DNA of 64,000 nucleotides from Escherichia coli (GTDB lineage: Bacteria > Pseudomonadota > Gammaproteobacteria > Enterobacterales > Enterobacteriaceae), in the NCBI RefSeq assembly GCF_003334315.1, contig NZ_QOWR01000005.1; one strand, 5' to 3'. Each line of letters starts with the position of its first letter. Within the stretch, counting starts at the first letter, position 1. The notes under the pieces are model-generated. The model saw nothing but the letters and a program-made list of their open reading frames with translations. It made no database searches and was not told where the DNA came from. A program made the translations under genes and the position numbers. Positions 39,014 through 49,955 of the stretch are shown piece by piece.

Positions 39014-39860
39014 AGGATTCCTGACGTAAATAGATAGCCCGATAACACATACTCACCAGCACTGCACCGCCGATAATATTACCCAGCATCACCGGGAGCA
39101 GATTGGCGGTAATAAAATGGCTTACCGTCAGTGCCGGAAAATTGTCTGCGCTACTGTGCGCCAGTTGCCAGAAGGGGGGAGGGGCGAAATGGCGAATGGC
39201 AATGGCGAACGGAATCACAAACAAATTGGCGATACAGTGCTCAAAGCCACTGGCGACAAACAGGGTGATGGGCAAAATCATGGCGACGATTTTGTCGCAT
39301 AACGAACGCCCGCAATAACTCATCCACAGCGCCAGGCAAACCATCAGATTGCACATAATGCCGAGGCTGACAGATTCAGTAAATGTATGATGCATTTTGC
39401 CCTCGGCGCAGTGTAAAACCGCGACTCCCCACATCGCGTTTTCACTCATCACCAGCCCGGAAAACCAGATTAACAAACTGAAACAGGCAATACCTGCCAG
39501 ATTACCGCAGGCCACCAGAAGTGCGTTAATCAGCCAAGTTCGCCAACTAATAACGCCCCGACTTTTTGCCATCACCGTCATTACCGACGAGGTGAACAGG
39601 CTGGTGCCGCAAACCGCCAGCAAAATAAAGCCGAGTGTAAAGCAAAGGCCGCCCACCAGATGGGTTAATGCCTGTGAAGACGGGGCATCGGCGATAACGG
39701 AAAGGTAAAAAGTAAATCCGATCGCCATAAACACGCCAGCGGACATCGCCATTAAAAAGACCGACACTTTACTGCGGGCAATTTTATGGGCGGCAATCCG
39801 TTCAGCGATTGCCGCTTTTCTGGCGCTCAACTGCAAGTCGAAAGAGAGTTTGTTTCTCAT
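39012..39860 (-). CDS. focB: Formate channel FocB (FNT family)
   Basis: 282 aa; last gene of the hyf operon. Confidence 0.92.
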   Translation of the reverse strand: MRNKLSFDLQLSARKAAIAERIAAHKIARSKVSVFLMAMSAGVFMAIGFTFYLSVIADAPSSQALTHLVGGLCFTLGFILLAVCGTSLFTSSVMTVMAKSRGVISWRTWLINALLVACGNLAGIACFSLLIWFSGLVMSENAMWGVAVLHCAEGKMHHTFTESVSLGIMCNLMVCLALWMSYCGRSLCDKIVAMILPITLFVASGFEHCIANLFVIPFAIAIRHFAPPPFWQLAHSSADNFPALTVSHFITANLLPVMLGNIIGGAVLVSMCYRAIYLRQES

Positions 39861-39881
39861 GCATACTCCTGCAAAAGCAGA

Positions 39882-41894
39882 TTACAACACCTCGCGAACC
39901 GAGATCCCCAGCCGCTGCATTCGTGACAGCAGCGTGGTGCGCTTCATCCCTAATCGCGTCGCTGCGCCACGGGGCCCGGCAACAATGCCATTGGTTTCTC
40001 GCAATACCTGAACAATGCGCTGACGTTCTTCTTCGTCATTCTCTGGCGTCGTCGGGTGCAGTAACTGCGCCATTGAACTGCGAAGCGCTGAATCTTCATT
40101 TAGCGTCGGCAGTAAACGGCTTTGTCGGACATTTAGATGTAAATTCAGACTGTTACCACGAGTCAGCAGTACCGCCCGCTCAATCACGTTTTCCAGCTCG
40201 CGCACGTTGCCCGGCCAATCCCACGACATCAACTGGCGTAGTGCCTCGGTCGGAATGGCGTCAATTGCGCGATTCATATGGCGCGCCATTTTTTGCGTGA
40301 AATGTTTTGCTAAAAGAGGGATATCTTCCGGACGGTCGCGTAGCGGCGGCAATTCCAGTGGGAAGACATTCAGGCGATAAAAGAGATCGCTGCGAAACTG
40401 GCGATCTTCAACCATTTGCCACAAATCACGGTTGGTGGCGGCAATGACTCTGACATTCACCGGGATCGTTCTACTCCCGCCGAGACGCTCAATCTCCCGC
40501 TCCTGCAATACGCGCAGCAGTTTAGGCTGAAGTTCTAACGGCAGATCGCCAATTTCATCGAGAAACAACGTGCCGCCATCGGCAATTTCAAAACGACCAC
40601 GATGGGTATTAATCGCACCAGTAAACGCCCCTTTGTCATGACCGAATAACTCACTTTCCAGAAGACTGGCGGGGATGGCAGCGCAGTTGATTTTGACCAG
40701 CGGCTTGTCGCGTCGCGGGCTAAGTTGATGGATCGCTCTGGCGATCACCTCTTTGCCAGTTCCGGTTTCACCACAAATCAACACCGTACTGTCGCTCTTC
40801 GCCACAATATCTACCTGCTGGAGCAGGTCTTCCATTGCCTGGCTTTGATAGATAATGTCACCGATGCCCAGATTCGAAAGGAGCTGCTCGCTAAGCTGGT
40901 GGTTTTCTTGCTGCAAACTTTCCTGCAAATCGGTCATGCTACGCCAGGCATCGGCATTGCCAACGGCAATAGCGATGCGATCGGCTATGTGTTGTAGTAG
41001 CTGGCAGTTTTCCTCACTAAAGAGAGTGGAAGAGGTATGCGCCAGCAACAATGCACCCGGTGTATGGTTGCCAAAGGTAAGCGGTATAAGGAGCGCAGAT
41101 TCGCAGCCGTTAGATGCAAGTAAGAGTAATAACGGGTCGCGTTGCCAGAGAAACAGATCATCTGCACGGTGCGTCAAGGTCGGTTGTCGGGTTTGTAGCG
41201 TTTGTGTCAGCAATACACTTTCGCCAGGCATACAGCGTGGCAGACACGCACAATGTGAGGCAGAAAGATCGCTGCACCACAGGCTGAACTTCTCGTTCTT
41301 TCGATGATCGCCCAGTACCATACTGACTGAAGCCAGACCGAAAAAATGATGGATCTCACGAGCGACGTCAGCGATCAGATCGTCGAGATCAAGATGTGAC
41401 AGCACTGCATTAGTAATATCAACCAGTACCCGATGATGATCGCGATCTTTCTCCAGCAAACGCAGCGCCACCTGCTGTTCTTCATCATTGAGCCATGATT
41501 GCAGAACCGGGGTGATTATCCGCGCCAGCCAGTTAAACAGTGTGCAATCCTGGGAAGTAAAACGACTGCCGTGGGTGCGAATAAAGCGTAGCTCCGCCAT
41601 TCCACTACTGCCGAGAAGGACGGCGTGACGCGAATAATCGACCATCTCGCCCTGATACTCTGTTGTTGCCGTCACATCGCTGCCATCATCATGGTAGCGG
41701 TAATAGAAGTTGCTTTTGAGAACATGCAGTTCAATAAGTTGTACCGGGCTGAACGGCGGCGGCAGCGGGATGAAGGCGCGTAATAAAGACGCCTTGCCGT
41801 GTTTCTGTGCTAACCGCTCCGCGAGCATTCCGTTTACCGCTTCAATTGTTATTCCTTGTGGCGGGGCAAACATCGCCTCGTCTGACATAGCCAT
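39882..41894 (-). CDS. hyfR: Sigma54-dependent transcriptional activator HyfR
   Basis: 670 aa from the ATG at 41892-41894; central AAA+ domain ([14 protein letters not shown]), C-terminal HTH. Confidence 0.92.
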   Translation of the reverse strand: MAMSDEAMFAPPQGITIEAVNGMLAERLAQKHGKASLLRAFIPLPPPFSPVQLIELHVLKSNFYYRYHDDGSDVTATTEYQGEMVDYSRHAVLLGSSGMAELRFIRTHGSRFTSQDCTLFNWLARIITPVLQSWLNDEEQQVALRLLEKDRDHHRVLVDITNAVLSHLDLDDLIADVAREIHHFFGLASVSMVLGDHRKNEKFSLWCSDLSASHCACLPRCMPGESVLLTQTLQTRQPTLTHRADDLFLWQRDPLLLLLASNGCESALLIPLTFGNHTPGALLLAHTSSTLFSEENCQLLQHIADRIAIAVGNADAWRSMTDLQESLQQENHQLSEQLLSNLGIGDIIYQSQAMEDLLQQVDIVAKSDSTVLICGETGTGKEVIARAIHQLSPRRDKPLVKINCAAIPASLLESELFGHDKGAFTGAINTHRGRFEIADGGTLFLDEIGDLPLELQPKLLRVLQEREIERLGGSRTIPVNVRVIAATNRDLWQMVEDRQFRSDLFYRLNVFPLELPPLRDRPEDIPLLAKHFTQKMARHMNRAIDAIPTEALRQLMSWDWPGNVRELENVIERAVLLTRGNSLNLHLNVRQSRLLPTLNEDSALRSSMAQLLHPTTPENDEEERQRIVQVLRETNGIVAGPRGAATRLGMKRTTLLSRMQRLGISVREVL

Positions 41895-41923
41895 CAACAG
41901 TCCTTATTAATGAGAAATCCTTC

Positions 41924-42337
41924 TCACGCAATTTTTCTGGCCATCAGATAGATGGCCGGTTCCTGCACAATTTCATCCAACAGATGAATGAATTGAATGC
42001 TACGCGCCTGCCACACAGACGTCGCGTCATCCGCCAGTGGCGCGAATGCCCGGGTCAACAGGGCGGTGTGGCTGGCGTCAATAACAATCTCACCAAAAGT
42101 CATCACCCCCAGCATCTTACGTCGGGCTTGCTCCTCTTCGACCAGTGCAAGCCAATCTTCGTATTCCGTCAGTGGGCAGCGGAAGGCGACATTCAGACAA
42201 TCAATCACGCCAACGTGATGGCCGATAGCTAGCGAGTAATACATTACCTGAGAGCTGTGTTCCGGCATCTCGTCGCTACTGGCGACAAACTTTTTTCGCA
42301 GCGTCCAGAAAACAATTTCCCCGCACTCTTCAGTCAT
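41924..42337 (-). CDS. hyfJ: Hydrogenase-4 maturation/assembly component HyfJ (HycH-like)
   Basis: 137 aa from the ATG at 42335-42337; overlaps the hyfI 3' end by 8 nt. Confidence 0.88.
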   Translation of the reverse strand: MTEECGEIVFWTLRKKFVASSDEMPEHSSQVMYYSLAIGHHVGVIDCLNVAFRCPLTEYEDWLALVEEEQARRKMLGVMTFGEIVIDASHTALLTRAFAPLADDATSVWQARSIQFIHLLDEIVQEPAIYLMARKIA

Positions 42338-43088
42338 GTAACCCCCGGAGTACGCGAAAGAGTTGCTGAACGATACTATTGAGACGTGGATCGTCGGCAT
42401 CGCGCAACCAGGTGTTAACCCGATTTCCTGTAGGATCGTCGCTTAAATGGCGCAGGAGCCGATCGCAAATTTCTCGCCCCTGACGATAGCCCGCCAGCCG
42501 CCGCGCTTCTCGCTCAATGGCGATACGCTGTGATGGCGGGATCTGCGGCCACAACGGTTGCATAGTCACCCCGGTGGGATCGCGATAATCCACAGCGTGA
42601 ATCTTCTGTTGCAGCAAACCGAGCGCCACGGCGAAACCGTGAATGGTGGCGGCCGGTGTTGGCGGGCAGCCGGGGATCCAAACATCAATGGGGACAATGG
42701 TGTCGCTACCGCCCCAGACGCTGTAGAGATCGTGGAAAATACCGCCGCCGACACCGCACGCGCCGTAGGAAACACAAATTTTATGATCGGGGGCAGACTC
42801 ATACGCCCGAAGTGCAGGCATACGCATCGCCCGGGTGACTGCGCCAGTAAATAACAAAATATCGGCGTGACGCGGTGATGAAACAACCTTAATGCCAAAA
42901 CGTTCTGCGTCGAATACTGGTGTAATGGCAGCAAAAATTTCGATTTCACAGGCGTTGCAGCCGCCGCAATCGATGCGATAAACGTAAGCCGAGCGACGGA
43001 TATCCTGTAGCAAATGCCGCTTCATCTTTTGCGTTTGCTCGTCCAGCGTGATGGGCTGGCTGACATATTGTGTAAGCACTGGACTCAT
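42330..43088 (-). CDS. hyfI: Hydrogenase-4 small subunit (NuoB-like)
   Basis: 252 aa; Fe-S Cys motif CGGCNACE...CPGCPP. Confidence 0.93.
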
Positions 43089-43630
43089 AGCTGCTCCTTA
43101 GCCACCAGCAGTACATCTGTATCGTCGTTGATCAGCGTCGCGCGTTGTTTGCATTCCGGGCAGACGCTCGCTTGCGCCCACAACATTTCGCGGTTTTGTG
43201 GCGCATTTTGTTGCTGTGCTAACAATTCAGCAGCCAGTGCGATGGTTTTTTGCGGGGCAAACGGGCGTTCGCAACGGCTGCAACGTTGTAGATGGAACGT
43301 CGCGCGGGTATAGAGATCGGCTTTATTGGTGACGGTCAGTTCAAAGTTATTGGTAAGCTGGATGGCTCTGGTCGGGCACACTTCTTCACAACGTCCGCAG
43401 TAAATACAACGCCCCAGATAGAGCTGCCAGGTGCGCGAATTTTGCTGGTCGTCGGTCTGGATAGTCAGCGCATTTGCCGGACAAGCACAGGCGCAGGCAC
43501 CGCAGGCAATACATTGGCTGGGCATCAGGTCCGGTTTTCCGCGAAAGCCAGGGCTGACCTCCAGTGGCGCGAAGGGATATTTCACCGTCGCGGTTCCGGC
43601 GCGCATAATAGTTTTCAGTAACTTCAGCAT
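43085..43630 (-). CDS. hyfH: Hydrogenase-4 ferredoxin subunit (2x 4Fe-4S)
   Basis: 181 aa; [11 protein letters not shown] and [12 protein letters not shown] motifs. Confidence 0.93.
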
Positions 43631-43639
43631 CTTCTGTCC

Positions 43640-45307
43640 TTACTTCAGCGGCGAACGGTTACGATCAATGCCGTAGCGTTCGATCTCTTTATACGGCACG
43701 GTTTTTGACTGGCGCTTGCGCACATCTACCAGCGTCACACGGTCGGTACAGGAGTAGCAGGGATCAAGGCTACCGATAATCAGCGGTGCGTCAGAAACGG
43801 TATTGCCGCGCAGCATGTAACGCAACACCGGCCAGTTGGCGTAGGTGGCGGCACGGCAGCGCCAGCGGAACAATTTTTGGTTATCACCGAGCATGCTCCA
43901 GTGCACGTCTTCACCGCGTGGCGCTTCAACAAAGCCCAGCGCGAATGCGTGAGGTTTATAGCTAAAGCCTTCGGTCAGCAGTGGGGTATCCGGCATGTTG
44001 TCGAGGGCAAATTCCAGCATTGCCAGCGAATCAAACGTCTCTTTGACACGGACCATCACGCGGGAGAAAACATCGCCGCCGGTAAAGGTAAACAGTGTTT
44101 TTGGAATATTGCCGTAGTCGGCGTAGGGGTGATCAAAGCGCAAATCACGGGCGATTTGTCGGTCGAGAATGCCAATGCCCTGAGTGCGTTGTTCCATATT
44201 CGGCGTAGCAAGCAGCATCTCTACCAGCTCCGACACGTCGGCGCGCATCTCGCGCACCAGTTTCAGCGTTTGCAGACGTTGCTCTTTGAGAATATCGCGG
44301 CGAACACCACCAATCAGATTCAGACCGTAGGTTTTACGCGACCCGATCAGCAATTCCGCCATCGTCATCGACTTTTCCCGCACGCGGAAAAATTGCATAA
44401 AGCCGGTATCAAAACCAACGAAATGGCAGGAGAGGCCAAGGTTAAGCAAATGACTGTGTAGCCGTTCGACTTCCAGCAGAATCGAGCGAATAGTATGTGC
44501 TCGTTGCGGCACCTCAATCCCCAGTGCATTTTCAACCGAATTGGTATAGGCCACACTGTGGGCAAAACCGCAAATCCCACACACGCGGTCCGATAAGAAG
44601 GTCACTTCGTTGTAGCCCATCCGCGTTTCTGCCAGTTTCTCCATGCCGCGATGGACATAAAACAGGCGGTAATCAGCATCGACAATTTGCTCGCCATCCA
44701 CAAACAAGCGGAAGTGACCCGGTTCATCGGAGGTGATATGCAGCGGGCCGACAGAGATCACCCGCGCATCGCTGTTGCCCTCATTGATAAACGGATACGT
44801 TTCGGAATCAGTCGTCGGTTCAGGGCGCAGTCGATAATCCATCGCATCTTTGCGCAGCGGATGCATATCTTCCGGCCAGTCATCGGGCAACACCAGGCGA
44901 CGCTGATCCGGCAGGCCAACCGGAATCAGCCCGTACATATCGCGAATTTCTCGCTCGCCCCAGACCGCGGCAGGGACGCGCGGTGTGACTGACGGAAACT
45001 CCCGACTGTCGGCATCGACCAGCGCCTTCACCACAATCCAGCATTTTTCGGCCCCTTCCATTGAAAGGGCATAATAAACCGCGTAATGACCGTTAAGTGT
45101 CCGCTCGTCGTTGCCAAACAGGACCGGAAGCCAGCCATCATGTTGATAATAAAGATACTGTACAACGTCAGGCAGCAGATTGATTTTCACCGTAATGGTG
45201 ACCTGTTCAGGCGTTTGTCGCTCTTCATCCAGCACCGCGCCGGGGAACTGCGTTTTCAGGGCGGCGAGAATCGCTTCGCCACGATTTGACGATGAATTAA
45301 CGTTCAC
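43640..45307 (-). CDS. hyfG: Hydrogenase-4 large [NiFe] catalytic subunit
   Basis: 555 aa from GTG at 45305-45307; N-terminal RxCGxC (DRVCGICG) and C-terminal DPCYSC Ni-binding motifs. Confidence 0.93.
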   Translation of the reverse strand: MNVNSSSNRGEAILAALKTQFPGAVLDEERQTPEQVTITVKINLLPDVVQYLYYQHDGWLPVLFGNDERTLNGHYAVYYALSMEGAEKCWIVVKALVDADSREFPSVTPRVPAAVWGEREIRDMYGLIPVGLPDQRRLVLPDDWPEDMHPLRKDAMDYRLRPEPTTDSETYPFINEGNSDARVISVGPLHITSDEPGHFRLFVDGEQIVDADYRLFYVHRGMEKLAETRMGYNEVTFLSDRVCGICGFAHSVAYTNSVENALGIEVPQRAHTIRSILLEVERLHSHLLNLGLSCHFVGFDTGFMQFFRVREKSMTMAELLIGSRKTYGLNLIGGVRRDILKEQRLQTLKLVREMRADVSELVEMLLATPNMEQRTQGIGILDRQIARDLRFDHPYADYGNIPKTLFTFTGGDVFSRVMVRVKETFDSLAMLEFALDNMPDTPLLTEGFSYKPHAFALGFVEAPRGEDVHWSMLGDNQKLFRWRCRAATYANWPVLRYMLRGNTVSDAPLIIGSLDPCYSCTDRVTLVDVRKRQSKTVPYKEIERYGIDRNRSPLK

Positions 45308-46877
45308 TGTGTTTCTCCGAAACAGATGCGGTGCCTGAAGGCAAAAAATCATGCCAGGTGCTACGTTGTGCAGGCAGATCGTGCGTCCCTGAGAGGACTA
45401 TAGTGGAAGCGCCCGCCAGGATCCTGATGACAGGTTGTGGAATATGCGTTCCCATCGCCAGCATCATGACCAGCAGAATCACCATTGGCGAGGTGGTCAA
45501 CCAGCCGAGATCACCCCGGTTAACGGCCTGCGGCGGTTTCGCCATTAACACCCGCGCAGCCATCCGTACCAGGCCCGCCAGCACCAGCGTTAACAGCAAT
45601 AACAGCAGGACGATAATCAGCAGGTGATTACGTGCCAGTCCGGCGGTAATGGTCATAAATTCGCTAAGAAAAATGTTGAAGGGCGGCATCCCTGCCAGCG
45701 CCAGCGCACCGCCGCCAAACAGCACGGCGGTAAATGGCATGATTTTGAGCATCCCACAGACGACGTTGAGATCGCGCGTGCCGTACTTGAGCAGTACATT
45801 GCCGGAACCGCAGAACAGCAGCGTTTTTGCCAGACTGTGGTTTAAGATGTGCAGCAGCGCGGCAAAAATTCCCAGCGGCCCGCCAATGCCTAGCTCCACC
45901 GCGACCAGCCCCATGTTCTCCACGCTGGAGTACGCCAGCAGACGCTTAATGTCCCGCTGTACCAGAATGAAAAATGCCGCCACGGCAACCGACAACATGC
46001 CGAAGATGAGCAACAACCGGTTGGGGAAATCGCTGCCGATGGCTTGGCAAATAATGATGTAATAGCGAATCAGCACCAACAGCGCGCAGTTCAGCACTAC
46101 GGCGGAGAGCAGGGCGCTGACCGGACTCGGCGCTTCACTGTGAGCATCCGGCAGCCAGGCGTGCATGGGAAATAGCCCGGTTTTGGTACCAAAGTCAATT
46201 AGCAAAAACACAAAGGCCAACAGCATTAATGTTGGGTCAAGCAAGGACGATTGCTTAAGAACCTCGCTCCAGAATATCGCCATTTCTGCCTGCGGCATAA
46301 CGCTGGCGGTGTTGGCGTATACCAGCACGGTACCGAACAGACCAAAAGCGACACCAACAGTACAAATAATGATGTACTTCCATGCAGCTTCCAGCGATGA
46401 ACGCTGACCGTAAATGCCTACCAGAAACGCCGAGCTTAAGGTGGTGGCTTCGATCGCCGCCCACATCACAATCAGGTTATTGCTGGTAACAACCAGCAGC
46501 ATGGTGAACAAAAACAGATGGAAGAAACCGTAGTAATCGCACAGCGTAACGGGTGAAAGCTCGCCGTGTGCCACTTCATGACGCATGTAGCCAATCGAGT
46601 AAATACCGGTGAGAAAGCCAATCACACCAAGAATGGCGAGGAACAAACCGCCCAGACCATCAATATGAAGCCACAGTCCCGCAGCGAATATTTCTCCTGC
46701 ATCAGCGGCAGTTTGGACCACCCAGAGTGCCAGAATCAGCAGCAGTGTGATCCCTAAGCTATGTAATACGGTCACCGTGCGAGTCGCAGAAAGTCTCCGT
46801 TTCCGGCAGGCAAAACAGAGCAGCGAAAAAAGCAGCGGCGTGAGCAGGAGTAAAGCGAACATCACAGAATAACTCAT
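45297..46877 (-). CDS. hyfF: Hydrogenase-4 membrane subunit (NuoL/M/N antiporter-like)
   Basis: 526 aa; multi-TM. Confidence 0.93.
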   Translation of the reverse strand: MSYSVMFALLLLTPLLFSLLCFACRKRRLSATRTVTVLHSLGITLLLILALWVVQTAADAGEIFAAGLWLHIDGLGGLFLAILGVIGFLTGIYSIGYMRHEVAHGELSPVTLCDYYGFFHLFLFTMLLVVTSNNLIVMWAAIEATTLSSAFLVGIYGQRSSLEAAWKYIIICTVGVAFGLFGTVLVYANTASVMPQAEMAIFWSEVLKQSSLLDPTLMLLAFVFLLIDFGTKTGLFPMHAWLPDAHSEAPSPVSALLSAVVLNCALLVLIRYYIIICQAIGSDFPNRLLLIFGMLSVAVAAFFILVQRDIKRLLAYSSVENMGLVAVELGIGGPLGIFAALLHILNHSLAKTLLFCGSGNVLLKYGTRDLNVVCGMLKIMPFTAVLFGGGALALAGMPPFNIFLSEFMTITAGLARNHLLIIVLLLLLLTLVLAGLVRMAARVLMAKPPQAVNRGDLGWLTTSPMVILLVMMLAMGTHIPQPVIRILAGASTIVLSGTHDLPAQRSTWHDFLPSGTASVSEKHSER

Positions 46878-46881
46878 CTCA

Positions 46882-47532
46882 TTATCCCTTCAGCGCGGTC
46901 AAGTTGTTCACGTCCAGCGTGCCGTGGGTACGCCATATTTTTCTTGCCAGTAACACCATCACAATGACGGCGAAGATGGCGTCGGTAGCGATACCTATTT
47001 CCACCAGTTCCGGTGCTCGCCAGGCAAGAAGCGCCAGCACCAGATGGGAGCCGTTTTCCATCAGGCAGTAACCAAAAATTTGCCGCAGGATATTGCGCTG
47101 GCTGACAATGCACAGCAGGCCAAGCAGAAAATGACCTAACGCTACCGCCAGCGCCGGTTTCAGCCCGGTAGCCATCGGTAGCTTCACGGGCTGAACGACA
47201 AATGCGCAAAGCAGGACAATTAACGCCGCGAGCAGTGCCATCATTGCCGGACCGAATAACGCTTTTTCCGGGATGTTCTGGGGAATATTTCGTGCAGCGT
47301 AAGTCATGATTAACGGTACCAGCAGCACTTTGGTGATAAAGGCGCTGGCGGACCAGATCAGCAGTTGCTCTGCGGCGAACAGGCACGAGAGGGTGGCGAA
47401 AATAGACACCAGCACCAGTGACTGGCAGGCGTAAAATCCGCATGACAGGCGATAGCTTTTGACGCTAATCACAAACAGTGATGTCAGCATCATCAGTCCC
47501 GCCAGATTATTTACGATCATAGAACCGGTCAT
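46882..47532 (-). CDS. hyfE: Hydrogenase-4 membrane subunit HyfE
   Basis: 216 aa; multi-TM. Confidence 0.92.
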   Translation of the reverse strand: MTGSMIVNNLAGLMMLTSLFVISVKSYRLSCGFYACQSLVLVSIFATLSCLFAAEQLLIWSASAFITKVLLVPLIMTYAARNIPQNIPEKALFGPAMMALLAALIVLLCAFVVQPVKLPMATGLKPALAVALGHFLLGLLCIVSQRNILRQIFGYCLMENGSHLVLALLAWRAPELVEIGIATDAIFAVIVMVLLARKIWRTHGTLDVNNLTALKG

Positions 47533-47543
47533 TCATCATCTCC

Positions 47544-48982
47544 TTACTGCAACCAGGTCGCGGCGATTACGCTGGAAATCAGCGACATCACAATCAGTAC
47601 AATCAACACCAGGCGCATTGACCCTGGCAGCGGTGCGGCATCGGCGACGGCCTCGCTCGGTTTGCCAGGCACGACGCGACCAAACCAGCGAATAAACCAG
47701 GCGAAACTGGCGACCGATTCAATCATCAGCAGAATCATGGCGGGCAGCAGGATCCAGTACTCCACTGACAACGCAAAACCGGCAGCAAACAGCGGGAATT
47801 TACTGAAGAAGCCGTTGAACGGCGGCACGCCGGTAATTGCCAGCGCTGCCACGCAGAAACCCACGCCAGGCAACGGCAGGGTGTGCAATACGCCACGCAG
47901 ACGCGGCAACAAGCGCGTGCCGCAGCTGTAACTCAGCGCACCTGCTACAAGGAAAAACAGGCTTTTAGCGAACGCGTGGTTGACGATGTAGGCGATGCTA
48001 CCCTCCAGCGCCAGCCGCGAGCCGAAGATGGAGAGCGACAAGCCGAAGAACATCCAGCCAAGTTGAGTGATGGTCGACCAGGCCAGCAACCGCTTCATAT
48101 CCTGCTGTGGCAAATACATCAGAAATCCATAAAGAATGGTGACCAGGGCCATGACCATGCCAACGCCGCCAATCACATGCGGGATATTGCCGCCGTCGAT
48201 AATGGCGCGGGCAAAAATGTAAACGCCCACTTTCACCATCGATGCGGCGTGGAGATAGGCGCTGATCGGTGTTGGCGCTTCCATTGCGTCCGGTAGCCAC
48301 GCTTGCATCGGTAGCTGGGCCGATTTCCCCCACGCGGCAAACAGGATGCCGCCATAAACCAGATAACGTGCGTCGCCGTGTAACTCGCTCATCGCGCTAA
48401 GCGCAAACGTTCCGGTCTGCAAAAACAGCGTGGCGGCGGCAAGATACAACCCCAACGAGCCGATATGAGTGATAAGTAACGCTTTTAGTGCTGAACGCTG
48501 CGCTTTATCGCTCTGGTAATAACTGATCAACGCCCAGGAGCAGCCGCCCGTAATTTCAAAAAACAACAACTGACCGAGCAGCGTCGAGGAGAGTACCAGT
48601 CCCGCCATCGCGCCGATAAACACCAGCAAAAATGCGTAATAACGATTCGTGCCGTTATGCGGGTGTTCGCGATTTTTATCCGTCAGATAACCCGTGGAGT
48701 AGATCGTGACCAGCAAACCGAGAAACACCACCACAAACAGAATCAGCGTACTCACGCGATCAATGACCAGGCCAAACAATGCCACATCCCCCACGTTGAC
48801 CAACGTCAACGTGACGGCAACTTTATCGGCCTGATAAAACGCGGAGATCAGCGACAACATGCACAGCGTGGTCAGTGCGGCGAACAAAACCCCCATTCGG
48901 CGGCCCGACGTTGTGGCGAAAACGAAACGACCAGTGCGCCGATAAAAGGCAGCATTAACGTCGTCAGAGCAAGATTTTCCAT
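47544..48982 (-). pseudogene. hyfD: hyfD (hydrogenase-4 antiporter-like membrane subunit) with a -1 frameshift near 48886-48895
   Basis: ATG at 48980-48982 with a GGAG SD opens MENLALTTLMLPFIGALVVSFSPQRRAAEWG, which hits a stop 4 codons after the C5 run at 48890-48894 (G5 on the coding strand). The other frame continues MGVLFAALTT... for 450 aa. Adding one G restores a 479-aa ORF, the K-12 length from memory. Confidence 0.75.
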
Positions 48983-48998
48983 ATTCCGTCAGTGCTCC

Positions 48999-49945
48999 TT
49001 ACAGACCGGTTAACCAGAAGACCCATGCAAGCGCAGCAAGGCTGAAGCCAAGCCAGGTCACATGGTGAATGAGTAAAAAACGCCCGCATGCCAGCGTGTT
49101 TTCTGCGATTGAAGCCAGTACAAAAATCAGCAAAACCTTGAGCAGCGTAACGACAAGTGAAGTCAGCAGGCAGGTGAGAGAAAGTTCTTGCGCGCGCCCA
49201 AAGGGCAGAAACAGGGCCACAAACAGTGCTGCCATCACGACCTGTTTCAGCCCCAGCCCCCATTTCGCCAACGCCAGCCCGGCACCGGAATATTCGGTCA
49301 GCGGGCCTTCCTGTAATTCCTGTTCTGCTTCAGCAACATCAAAGGGAATTTTTCCCATCTCTATGAAGCAGGCAAAACCACAGGCCAGTAACGCCAGTAC
49401 GGTGGTTAGCGGCGAGTTCCAGCCCATCGCCAGCGTATTGCTGATCATCTCGATATGCGTGGAATCCGCTATCAGCGCCAATACCAGCAGTGAGAGAATG
49501 AGCATGGGTTCGACCAGAATGCCGAGCGTCAACTCGCGACTGGCACCGACTCCCGCAAACGGGCTTCCGGTATCCAGCCCTGAAAGAGCAAAGAAAAAAC
49601 GAAACAGGGCAAGAAGATAGATAAGGGTGATCAGATCGCCGCCGCCCGCAAAAGGGAAACGGTAATAAACAGTGGTAGGGCCATCGCCAGCACCAGCATG
49701 CTGCTGATTAATACCCACGGCATCAGGCGGAACATCAGACCTGAAGATATAGGCGCAACTTCCTGGCGTTTAAACAGTTTGTGGATATCGCGATAATCCT
49801 GCCAGATCTCCGGCCCGCGGCGGGAGTGCATACGCGCGCGTATCTGCCGGGAAATACCCGTAAAAAGTGGGGTTAGCATCAGCAGAATCACGGCCTGTGC
49901 TAACGCAAAAATGACCAGATATCCGTCGCAAAGAGTTTGTCTCAT
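48999..49945 (-). pseudogene. hyfC: hyfC (hydrogenase-4 NuoH/HycD-like membrane subunit) with a -1 frameshift near 49650-49680
   Basis: The N-terminal frame MRQTLCDGY...ALPLFITVS terminates 7 codons later; a second frame carries ...PFAGGGDLITLIYLL... to the stop at 48999. The span is 947 nt, so one added base gives 948 nt = 315 aa, the K-12 length from memory. Best junction: cgtttCCCtttt (CCC vs CCCC). Confidence 0.75.
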
Positions 49946-49955
49946 GGTGATTTCC

